Assembly (NCBI GenBank): GCA_944388895.1
Contig: CALXKR010000002.1
Location: 1-35,058 of the forward strand
Direction: 5' to 3'
From: an uncultured Clostridia bacterium
GTDB lineage: Bacteria; Bacillota; Clostridia; TANB77; CAG-508
Length of the DNA: 35,058 bases
Position numbers and translations under genes: made by a program. How positions within the stretch are numbered: the first letter of the stretch is position 1; each line of letters opens with the position of its first letter. Shown here piece after piece: positions 19,801 to 26,907 of this stretch. Below the pieces are notes generated by a model. It had not been told where the DNA came from. It saw nothing but the letters and a program-made list of their open reading frames with translations, and made no database searches.

Positions 19801-21671
19801 ACTAATCTAACAACTGTTCCATTTGAAGTTGCTTGTGTTGCATATTTAGTTTGTAGTCCATTTAATGATAAATAAATTTTATTTCCTTCAACTTTAAATT
19901 CATTTTGAACTAACTCATCTTCAAATAATAATTTTGCATCTTTTAAATCAATATTCTTAACTTCTTCTGGTAATTCTATACTTAATTCAGGATTTTCATA
20001 TAAAGCATCTGATATATCATTAGTTTCTAATGTAGCAGTAATTATTACATCTTCATTTTTTACTACAGTAGATAAGTTTTTGTTACTAATTTCTATACTA
20101 GCTTTTGAAGTAGGTTCTTCCAAAGCAATTTCACTTATAGTTTCTTTATTAACAGCAATCTTTGTTGATAGCTTATTAAAGTCTTGCATTTGATTTTTAG
20201 TAAATGGTAATTCACCTTTTATTGCTTTATCAACTCTAAGTGATATATCTCCTTCAGTAATTGGTTTACTCAATTCAATGCTTATTTTAGATGCATTTAC
20301 ATCAATAGATAAATTATCTTTATTAATAGTTCCAATTAAACTACCATCTTCATTATTAATATTTATGTACCCATTCTCTCCAAGTATTTTTATAAATTCA
20401 TCATATGTTGTACTAATTTTCTTATTATATACATAGTTACTTACTTCTGTTTCATTTAAGAAAGTTCCTGTTTCTTTTACGTTTATTTTGTCAAGTGCTT
20501 CTACTAATCCTACATTAATTTTATATGTTTGAGAAAAATCAGTTTCTTTTTTATCTTGTGCATTTATATTGTTATACATATATCCTTTATTAATAGAATT
20601 TGTATCATTAATAATTTCTGTATTAACAATATCTCCAATTTTTCCATCTATTTTATACTCATTTTCAGTTGTTTCATTTTGTGCAATTTGTCCATTTACT
20701 AATAAAACGTTAGAACTTACTTTTGTAGAAATAGTTGTAGCTTCTTCATTCATGTTTACATCATATAAATATGTAATAACAAAACTGTCTGCTAATTCTT
20801 TATTCCAAGCTATATTTCCTTCTTCGTTTTGAGAATTAGTTGTTTTTATTGTAACTGTTCCTTCTTGTTCATCATATTTCCAATCTTCATTTGAAAAAGA
20901 AGTTCCATCATTTTTTCCGTTTGTATTACCAGTACTAATTGCTGAAACTATTATTTCACTAGGTTTGTATCCTGATAATTCTGGAACAGAAATTTTTATT
21001 TCTTTATTATCTATTGGTAATTTAGAATCTTTTAACTTGTCCTTTACTATTACACTTAACATTGTTTTGTTATTATATGTTAAATATCTAATAACATTTT
21101 GAGAAATTTCTGTAGTTAAGTTTTCTTCTGAAATACTCCAAGATAAATTTAAATCAATTTCTTTTTCTATTTTTCTTTCCTTATTTTTTTCATTAACATA
21201 TGTTGCATTTAAAGTAACTTTGCTTTCTTTATTAAAGTAATCTTTAGAAATGCTTTCATTTTTTTCAAAAGTAATTGGTATAGCTATTTCAATATTTTCA
21301 CCTGCATTAATTTGGTTAAGCTCTAATTTTGTTTCAGTTATATTTTTAATTCTTGAATCATTTATATTTGCAGTATTAAAAATATAATTATTATTTTCTA
21401 AATTAATAACTATATCCTTTAAATATCCTGTATTTAACACACTTAAATTAAAATATACTTTGTTCTCTGTGAAATCCAAATTAGCATTATAAACATAATT
21501 ATCTTTTGAATCTTCATTTCCTAATGTTGCATTAAATTTCACATTTTCTTCACTTGTATTTGCATTTTGACTTAACAAATCGGCTGCATATACACCAGTT
21601 GTTATAAACTGAAATCCAGCCAATGTGAATATAAGTAAAATTGCTAAAAATTTGCTAGTTACTTTTTTCAT
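16857..21671 (-). CDS. 1604-aa secreted, C-terminally anchored surface protein with DUF11/CARDB-like repeats, one SdrD-B-like domain and a non-canonical TLGTG sorting-like signal
   Basis: Signal peptide MKKVTSKFLAILLIFTLAGFQFITTGVYA-AD. DUF11-like segments, for example ITEGQYIKFKVKVKNESDKEATNVKVTQLMPEEL, VGDQISFRIFMKNVNRDEKNNTVLNLKFPQGMEY and LEFYIDIENRGDVDVSLTLEDTLPKEL. SdrD-B-like ITGNVWLDEDNNGKRSSSEQKLSNIKVMLYD...GEDGKYTFNNVKPGKYNV. Terminal module FDLSINKTVAK...VHNQVEIS...DQDSTPGNKQDGEDD. Then LITLGTG (TLGTG = nt 16956-16970), a hydrophobic helix and KKRILNKI. RBS AGGAGG. Confidence 0.85.
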   Translation of the reverse strand: MKKVTSKFLAILLIFTLAGFQFITTGVYAADLLSQNANTSEENVKFNATLGNEDSKDNYVYNANLDFTENKVYFNLSVLNTGYLKDIVINLENNNYIFNTANINDSRIKNITETKLELNQINAGENIEIAIPITFEKNESISKDYFNKESKVTLNATYVNEKNKERKIEKEIDLNLSWSISEENLTTEISQNVIRYLTYNNKTMLSVIVKDKLKDSKLPIDNKEIKISVPELSGYKPSEIIVSAISTGNTNGKNDGTSFSNEDWKYDEQEGTVTIKTTNSQNEEGNIAWNKELADSFVITYLYDVNMNEEATTISTKVSSNVLLVNGQIAQNETTENEYKIDGKIGDIVNTEIINDTNSINKGYMYNNINAQDKKETDFSQTYKINVGLVEALDKINVKETGTFLNETEVSNYVYNKKISTTYDEFIKILGENGYININNEDGSLIGTINKDNLSIDVNASKISIELSKPITEGDISLRVDKAIKGELPFTKNQMQDFNKLSTKIAVNKETISEIALEEPTSKASIEISNKNLSTVVKNEDVIITATLETNDISDALYENPELSIELPEEVKNIDLKDAKLLFEDELVQNEFKVEGNKIYLSLNGLQTKYATQATSNGTVVRLVTDLTLDNLAPNKESNVILNYTNNNTATQEKEATTNTVETPVTVVAPSEFVITNSMSGYNEDQTVTSQEGKESIGNIVANSSEKTMKITGTVVNNLGFDASGVAILGRIPYKGNKNVATGEDLGSTFDTKLNSQISLEGINAPVFYSTNENADSDFQKEENAWSQEYSEDAKSYLIVIPNTLTNGTEFTFSYNVKVPANLQYKNTVKSNFAIYYNNNAEEGEKQNVVGATPVGITTGLEPEVKSEITAYDFNTGEVISNNGNITEGQYIKFKVKVKNESDKEATNVKVTQLMPEELAALVYEEGSIGDPGEYVLNYDIKEQTETIEKLAPGEEKEIEFNVGNTEIISEVEGQETTEHLIVTTFKLDSDQTEEQNFEYVMKNTKGTLNLQLIANKEGKVSVGDQISFRIFMKNVNRDEKNNTVLNLKFPQGMEYSGTEYQEYYDKEKNILSYPVGKLTSRETVYMQFYGKVTGDLASDAKVVASGTCDEGNEVFSNSVIYYSSKVDIYAEQLTNIPDGIMLDTDQLEFYIDIENRGDVDVSLTLEDTLPKELQLKDYKLVVNGNEVANATAGFIRTNFTLKAGENARATIKAKADTIEKGKEITVENKPTLKILNGADVEVNSVKLTIQGTGIYNPDEGTDEPTEEGAYKITGNVWLDEDNNGKRSSSEQKLSNIKVMLYDANKGNIAKDIAGNDLVMTTGEDGKYTFNNVKPGKYNVVAEYDTNIYMLTTYHAEGSSDTENSDFINATLDGKQVAATDNLIVKNSNFYYIDLGLSKVKKFDLSINKTVAKVTATNPKLETITQDVNKQFGAVSLYNTYIESTTVLVEYNIVITNEGEIPGYAKEIVDYLPEGMEFNSELNGSWYLANDGNAYNTSLANTIIQPGESKNITLVLTRKMTGENTGTVHNQVEISKDYNEYGMKDQDSTPGNKQDGEDDISYADLLITLGTGKEVASFIGITLGVLAIIGLAVYVIKKRILNKI

Positions 21672-21706
21672 TATAACCTCCTATTTTTTCGAATTAACAT
21701 AAACTA

Positions 21707-21735
21707 ATTATACTATATTTTGCTTGTTAATTCAA
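21707..21735 (-). promoter_or_regulatory. Candidate sigma-A promoter of the giant-protein operon
   Basis: Minus-strand TTGAAT (21735-21730), 17 nt spacer, TATAAT (21712-21707). This leaves a leader of roughly 30 nt before the AGGAGG RBS. Confidence 0.5.
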
Positions 21736-21921
21736 GGTTTTAACAACATCTTTTGGCATTTTGCCATACTTTTTTAGCCACTACGAGCTAATTGTTTTAT
21801 ATATAATAAACTTATATTAAAATTTAATCAATATCATATTTTTTATTTTTTTGTTTTTGCCGTTTATGGGTATACGGAAACAGCTTTTTTCATACTTTTA
21901 TTAAATTTTCTTTACAAAAGT

Positions 21922-21950
21922 GTAACAAAATGGATTTAAGTGAATATAAT
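21922..21950 (+). promoter_or_regulatory. Candidate sigma-A promoter of the Asn-rich protein operon
   Basis: GTAACA (21922-21927), 17 nt spacer, TATAAT (21945-21950), about 60 nt before ATG 22013. Confidence 0.35.
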
Positions 21951-22012
21951 ATTATATATAAAAACTAAGTACGCGTAAGCGATTTTAGTTGTAATATAAG
22001 GAGGATACAAGT

Positions 22013-22594
22013 ATGAATGATAATGATTTTAACAATATGTTTAAGAAAGCTCAAGAAATGATACAAAATAATCAAATTCCAGATGAATTAAAAAGTATGG
22101 TAGCAAATATGCAAAAAAGCTCAAATAGTGCTAATAATAATTCAAAATATAATATGAATACTAATCATTATCAAAATTCAAATTCTTATAATTCTTCATA
22201 TAATAAACCAGATAATAATAAATATAAAAATACATATTCTCCTAAAACAAATCAAACACAATCTAATCAATCAAATAATCTAAATAATATTGATATGAAT
22301 AAATTAGGAGAATTATTAAAAAATTTTCAAAATAATAATAGTTCAAATAGCAATAATTCAAATAATGATTCTAACAGTATGCCTAATATTGATATGGAAA
22401 CAATGATGAGAATTCAAAATGTAATGTCAAAAATGAATTCAGCAAATAGTAATGATGATATGTCAAGATTACTTATGTCTCTTAAGCCATATTTAAGGGA
22501 CGAAAAAAAAGGAAAAATTGATGAATATATAAAGCTTATAAAAATGGGAAAGATGACTCAAATGTTTGAGGCTTTTGGTGGTGATAAGAAATGA
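22013..22594 (+). CDS. Asn/Ser-rich low-complexity cytoplasmic protein with a structured helical C-terminal module, function unknown
   Basis: 193 aa, RBS AAGGAGG, no signal peptide. The central ~110 aa are almost only N/S/Q/K/Y. The C-terminal block IDMETMMRIQNVMSKMNS...DDMSRLLMSLKPYLRDEKKGKIDEYIKLIKMGKMTQMFEAFGG looks ordered. It resembles conserved hypothetical proteins I recall from clostridia, but that is unverified. Confidence 0.65.
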   Translation: MNDNDFNNMFKKAQEMIQNNQIPDELKSMVANMQKSSNSANNNSKYNMNTNHYQNSNSYNSSYNKPDNNKYKNTYSPKTNQTQSNQSNNLNNIDMNKLGELLKNFQNNNSSNSNNSNNDSNSMPNIDMETMMRIQNVMSKMNSANSNDDMSRLLMSLKPYLRDEKKGKIDEYIKLIKMGKMTQMFEAFGGDKK

Positions 22595-22752
22595 ATTTAA
22601 TACCCATAAACGATGATGGGGTTATTGACATATTTGGTTTTAAATTGCATACAGATGACATATTAATTATATTACTTCTTTTTATATTATATAAAGAAGA
22701 TGTAAATGATAAATTTCTTTTTATAGCTCTATTACTATTACTTTTAAGCTAA
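22591..22752 (+). CDS. 53-aa hydrophobic microprotein, translationally coupled (ATGA overlap)
   Basis: Not in the ORF track. Its ATG at 22591 overlaps TGA 22592-22594 of the upstream gene. Sequence: MNLIPINDDGVIDIFGFKLHTDDILIILLLFILYKEDVNDKFLFIALLLLLLS. Two short hydrophobic stretches are each preceded by acidic residues. The stop lies inside the terminator stem. Confidence 0.5.
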   Translation: MNLIPINDDGVIDIFGFKLHTDDILIILLLFILYKEDVNDKFLFIALLLLLLS

Positions 22753-22807
22753 AAAATATGTTTTATTAAGAAATTGAGTTTTCAAATCTTAATAAAACAT
22801 ATTTTTT
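22751..22807. terminator. Bidirectional terminator: 21-bp perfect hairpin between convergent genes
   Basis: AAAAAATATGTTTTATTAAGA (22751-22771) pairs perfectly with TCTTAATAAAACATATTTTTT (22787-22807). The loop contains a further TTGA/TCAA pairing. The arms overlap the stop codons of the microprotein gene and of minC. Confidence 0.7.
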
Positions 22808-23420
22808 ATTCCATATCTATAATTCCATCATCATTTATATAACAATAAGAATATCTTTCAATATCTATTTCCTCTCTTGATCTTTCTTTAATCATGCTTG
22901 CTATTCTAACTTGTGGTGATTCAATTGTGTGAGCAGCAATAATTGCTTTTTCATTTCCTTTTGCACCTGCATGTGCCATTCCCCTAAGTGCACCTACTAC
23001 AATAATATTATCTTCTGCAATTACTTCTGCTCCGTCATTAACATCTCCTAAAATTGCTATACTTCCTTCAAATTCAATTTTTTGACCTGACCTTAAAGAG
23101 CCTTTGTAAAATTTAGTTTCAGAAGTTTCTATATCTTTTTTAAAAGTTTTCTTTATTCCATGTAGCCCTAAGGTTCTAGGTGTTTCAAAATCTACTCTGA
23201 CTTTTAGTTCTTTTTGTATTAAATTTTGAATATTGTCTATTTCTGATAATTTTAAAATTTTACCAGTAACTAATATTGGAGTTCGTGCCTCTTGATAAAA
23301 TCTTTTTAAATCTGGCAATTTTTCCTCTAATTCGCTCAAAACATCAGTTATTATTGCATCATCTTTTATTCTAATAATTATATTGTCTTGTTTTAATAAA
23401 ATACTTATATTTCTAATCAT
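22806..23420 (-). CDS. minC: Septum site-determining protein MinC
   Basis: 204 aa. The C-terminal beta-helix block SIAILGDVNDGAEVIAEDNIIVVGALRGMAHAGAKGNEKAIIAA is typical of MinC. It is the last gene of the mre operon. Confidence 0.85.
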   Translation of the reverse strand: MIRNISILLKQDNIIIRIKDDAIITDVLSELEEKLPDLKRFYQEARTPILVTGKILKLSEIDNIQNLIQKELKVRVDFETPRTLGLHGIKKTFKKDIETSETKFYKGSLRSGQKIEFEGSIAILGDVNDGAEVIAEDNIIVVGALRGMAHAGAKGNEKAIIAAHTIESPQVRIASMIKERSREEIDIERYSYCYINDDGIIDME

Positions 23421-23467
23421 ATTATTTCCTCTACATTATATTTAGTTTTATTTCTTCTATAAACATT

Positions 23468-25537
23468 TTATCTTACTGTTTGCATATCCGAGCTTGCGGT
23501 CATATCTTCTGTAACTGTTTTTGAATTCATTCCTAAATATTGAGCAAATATTTCTCTTGCAGTAGGAGCTGTATAATTTCCGTGTTGTCCGTCTTTTACA
23601 TATACGGCTACTGCTATTTCTGGATCATCATATGGTGCAAAACCTACAAACCAAGCATTTGCGTTTCCTACTAAGTCTGTTGATGCAGAACCAGTCTTTC
23701 CTCCTACTTCTATATCAAAATCTTTGAAATATGTGTAAGCAGTTCCTGATCCGTCACTAGTAACACCTTTCATACCTTCTTTAATAGCTTTATAATTTTC
23801 TTCACTTATACTAATATCTGATCCACTATTACCACTAATACCTAATTTATCATTTACATATGAATTTATTTCTTCCTTTGATACTTCTGTTCCATCTGCT
23901 TTATTTATTGATTTAATTAGTGTAACATCAAGATTTTTTCCACCATTTGCAATCATAGCTGTATATTTTGCCATTTGTAAAGGAGTAAAAGCATTATTTA
24001 ATTGTCCTATTGCCGCTTGAATCGTATATCCATCAACCCAAGGGCTCATTGTATCTTTAGAAGCAAGCACACCTTTTTCTTCTCCAGGAAGTTCGATTCC
24101 CGTTTTTTGTCCTAGTCCAAATGCTGTTGCAACTTGAGCTAGTCTATCAATTCCTGTTCTTCGCCCAGTTTCATAAAAGAAGTAGTTACAAGACTTTTCA
24201 ATTGCTTGAGTAATATTTAACCATCCATGTCCACTTCTTTTCCAACACACAGGTTGGTAATCTTTATAATAAGTATATTTTCCTGTATCATTTATTTTAG
24301 TATTGACGTCTATTGCTCCACTTTCTAATCCGGCAATTGCTGTTACCATTTTAAATGTAGATCCTGGTGGAGATATAGAACTTATTGCCTTATTAATAAG
24401 AGGATGTCTACTATCATTTAAATAATTATTCCAATTTTCAGTACTTATTCCATCTACAAATAATGAAGGATTATAATTAGGATAGCTTGCCATTGCAAGT
24501 ATTTCTCCAGTTTTTACATTTATAACTACTGCTGCACCTTCTGAAGCTGTTTCTGCTCCAGGAAGTTCACCATTTTGCATCATTTCAATATTATGTGCTA
24601 AAGCATCTTCAGTAATTTTTTGTAAGTTTGCGTCTATTGTAAGCATGATATCATTTCCTGCAATAGCTTCTTTTGATGTATATTCATCTGTAACTATTCC
24701 GTCAACAGACATTCCAATTTGTTTTATACCATCAGTTCCTTTTAAGTATTTTTCAAAAACTTGTTCTATTCCACCTTTTCCAATAATATCGTTTTGATCA
24801 TATATTTCAGGATTTTCTTTTAATTCTTTTTCTCCTATTGGCCCAACATACCCTAAAATATGAGAAGCAAGTTCCCCATATGGATAATATATAGTTGGTT
24901 CAGATACTGTGTTTATTCCTGGAAAGCTTGAACCCATCTCATTTATCTTAGCCAAGCTAGCATTACTTATATTTGATGCTAATTCTACAGATTTTGTATT
25001 ACTATAACCATCTTTTTCTATTTCATATCTTAAAGTTATGATTTTTCTAGTATCCTCTATATTATCATTATTTATTTTGTATCTTTCTTTAAAATAATTA
25101 AAACAAGCTTCTGCATCATAGCTACTATCTATTTTGTTAGCCGTTTTAAAATTAGTTGCAGTTTCCTCATTTTTAAAACTAAACGGATTTATAGTTATAG
25201 GAAAATTATCAACATATTTGTCTCCATTTTCTTCTAACGTTTTTGCCAATAAAAGTAAAGAATTATTTAAAGTGTCATTATCAACTTTTGTCTTGTATAT
25301 TTCCACATTATATACTAATTTTGTGGATACTAACTTTTCTCCACTGCTATCGAGTATATTTCCTCTAGCTGCTTTTATTTCTACTTCTCTAGTTAGTCTT
25401 GTGTTTGACTCTTCCCTATATTCTTGTCCATGCACAATCTGTAAATTAAATAGTTGAAGCAATAGAATTATTCCAATTATGTATACAAGAGCAATAAGTA
25501 TATTATATCTTAATTTATTTTCATCTTTTCTTTCCAT
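23468..25537 (-). CDS. mrdA: Penicillin-binding protein 2 (class B elongation transpeptidase)
   Basis: 689 aa. N-terminal TM anchor. Motifs: SxxK as PPGSTFK, SxN as KSCN, KTG as GGKTGSA. Positioned after mreD. RBS AGGAGGGAG. Confidence 0.9.
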   Translation of the reverse strand: MERKDENKLRYNILIALVYIIGIILLLQLFNLQIVHGQEYREESNTRLTREVEIKAARGNILDSSGEKLVSTKLVYNVEIYKTKVDNDTLNNSLLLLAKTLEENGDKYVDNFPITINPFSFKNEETATNFKTANKIDSSYDAEACFNYFKERYKINNDNIEDTRKIITLRYEIEKDGYSNTKSVELASNISNASLAKINEMGSSFPGINTVSEPTIYYPYGELASHILGYVGPIGEKELKENPEIYDQNDIIGKGGIEQVFEKYLKGTDGIKQIGMSVDGIVTDEYTSKEAIAGNDIMLTIDANLQKITEDALAHNIEMMQNGELPGAETASEGAAVVINVKTGEILAMASYPNYNPSLFVDGISTENWNNYLNDSRHPLINKAISSISPPGSTFKMVTAIAGLESGAIDVNTKINDTGKYTYYKDYQPVCWKRSGHGWLNITQAIEKSCNYFFYETGRRTGIDRLAQVATAFGLGQKTGIELPGEEKGVLASKDTMSPWVDGYTIQAAIGQLNNAFTPLQMAKYTAMIANGGKNLDVTLIKSINKADGTEVSKEEINSYVNDKLGISGNSGSDISISEENYKAIKEGMKGVTSDGSGTAYTYFKDFDIEVGGKTGSASTDLVGNANAWFVGFAPYDDPEIAVAVYVKDGQHGNYTAPTAREIFAQYLGMNSKTVTEDMTASSDMQTVR

Positions 25538-25549
25538 GCTCCCTCCTAC

Positions 25550-26083
25550 TTAAAAATATCTAGTAAGTATTTTTTTACCTTTAAAAGCATCTTCTATGTA
25601 ATATCCAAGTTTTTTCATTAGTGGATATATAATAATTATTAATAAAACATTAAATAAAATTTCAACTAGCACAGTAAGTGTAAAAGTTAAAAATTCTGCA
25701 TTAACTCCCATTATTAGTATTTTTGAAACATATATTCCTAATTCATATATAACTGTACTTCCAGCAGACATTATAATAATAGTTGCTCTACTATCTTTTG
25801 AAAAATTTTTGTCAAAATATTCACCTAACAATCCAATTAATGCTAAAAAAACTGATGAAACTCCAACATAATGTCCAATTGTTAAGTCTAATACAATTCC
25901 AAATATAATTCCAAGAATTCCTCCAACTTTGTTTCCTACAAATAATCCTATAAACAAAACTAGAATAACAAATAAATTTGGCATTATACCACCAATATTA
26001 AACCAAGAGAAAAAATTAGTTTGCAAAAAATAAATAATACAAAATAATATTATTAAAATTAATATAACTTTAGCTTTTCTCAA
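25550..26083 (-). CDS. mreD: Rod shape-determining protein MreD
   Basis: 177 aa polytopic membrane protein immediately after mreC. TTG start 6 nt after AAAGGAG. Confidence 0.8.
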   Translation of the reverse strand: MRKAKVILILIILFCIIYFLQTNFFSWFNIGGIMPNLFVILVLFIGLFVGNKVGGILGIIFGIVLDLTIGHYVGVSSVFLALIGLLGEYFDKNFSKDSRATIIIMSAGSTVIYELGIYVSKILIMGVNAEFLTFTLTVLVEILFNVLLIIIIYPLMKKLGYYIEDAFKGKKILTRYF

Positions 26084-26094
26084 CTTTCTCTCCT

Positions 26095-26907
26095 TTACTT
26101 TTCTGTAATAACTAATACAGTTTCTAAATTAGAAAAATCTGTAGATACCTCTATTTCAGCATATCTATCTGATTGATTTTTTGTATTTATAACACTTTTT
26201 ACATTACCAATTAAAATTCCTTTTGGGTAAATTCCTCCTAGACCAGATGTTACTACTGAATCACCTTGTAATATTGTGCTGTCTGTTGGAATATATGTTG
26301 CTTTTAATGTATTTGTATTATTTAGTGTTCCCCTTAATACAACACTTTCTTGAACATTTGAAATATTAGCACTAACACTACTTGCAGTATCTATTATTGT
26401 TTGAACTTTGGCAGTATTGTTTGTTACAGAAATTATATGTCCAACTAAACCTGACTCTGAAATTACTGGCATATTAACTTCAATTCCATCATCACTTCCT
26501 ACATTGATAATAATAATTTTATCATAATTACTAATACTTCTTTGAATTACATATGCTGGAACTGTAGTATAATTTGAATATTTATCTTTTAAATTAACAT
26601 ATTCTTTTAATGTATTATTTTCTGATTTTAATATTTCTAATTCTCTTACTTGCTCCTGTAATTTACTGTTTTCTTCTTTTAATTTGTTGTTTTCATCTCT
26701 TAATGTTGCTATATCATTTAATTCTTGTTCATTTCCGGCAATTTTATTTTTTAAAAATATTATTCCATTTTGTATTGGCGTAACAATTGTTCCTACTGCG
26801 CTTTGCATAAAAGATAAATTTCCTGTACTTATATTAGATAAAATTACAACTATTATTAAAATAATTACTGTTATGATTATACCAATTATACCAGCCTTAT
26901 TTTTCAT
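26095..26907 (-). CDS. mreC: Rod shape-determining protein MreC
   Basis: 270 aa. TM anchor, coiled coil (LRDENNKLKEENSKLQEQVRELEILKSENNTLKE), then a beta-rich C-terminal domain (GLVGHIISV..., SGLGGIYPKGILIG). Its start shares one base with the mreB stop (TAATG). Confidence 0.9.
   Translation of the reverse strand: MKNKAGIIGIIITVIILIIVVILSNISTGNLSFMQSAVGTIVTPIQNGIIFLKNKIAGNEQELNDIATLRDENNKLKEENSKLQEQVRELEILKSENNTLKEYVNLKDKYSNYTTVPAYVIQRSISNYDKIIIINVGSDDGIEVNMPVISESGLVGHIISVTNNTAKVQTIIDTASSVSANISNVQESVVLRGTLNNTNTLKATYIPTDSTILQGDSVVTSGLGGIYPKGILIGNVKSVINTKNQSDRYAEIEVSTDFSNLETVLVITEK

Noticed and set aside
11815-20832. Short plus-strand ORFs inside the two giant genes (11815-12057, 17680-17922, 18943-19164, 20569-20832)
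   Set aside because: Each is 73-87 aa, antisense and low complexity. The minus-strand frames are uninterrupted for 4.8 and 5.2 kb, which cannot be chance in this AT-rich DNA.
21691-21733. 9-bp inverted repeat GAATTAACA / TGTTAATTC bracketing the giant-operon promoter (one arm over the -35, the other at the transcript start)
   Set aside because: It could be an operator. However, a 9-bp AT-rich inverted repeat within a 340-bp AT-rich intergenic region is roughly as likely as not by chance on a rough estimate. It is not extended by flanking pairing.
21803-21831. Distal promoter-like TTGATT-17-TATTAT upstream of the giant operon
   Set aside because: It is weaker than the proximal TTGAAT-17-TATAAT match. 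It is kept only as an alternative, and 5'-end mapping would decide.
21870-21897. Forespore sigma-G-like pattern GTATA-16 nt-CATACTT upstream of the Asn-rich protein gene
   Set aside because: The spacer is 16 nt rather than the usual 17-18, the site is over 110 nt from the ATG, and such short motifs are frequent in AT-rich DNA.
21672-21900. Looked for a riboswitch (for example c-di-GMP class I or II, which control adhesin genes in clostridia) or another structured leader upstream of the giant operon
   Set aside because: With the TTGAAT-17-TATAAT promoter the leader is only about 30 nt. The longer upstream stretch shows only a short TGGCA-AAA-TGCCA hairpin and none of the conserved riboswitch cores I know. 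A covariance-model scan would be the decisive test.
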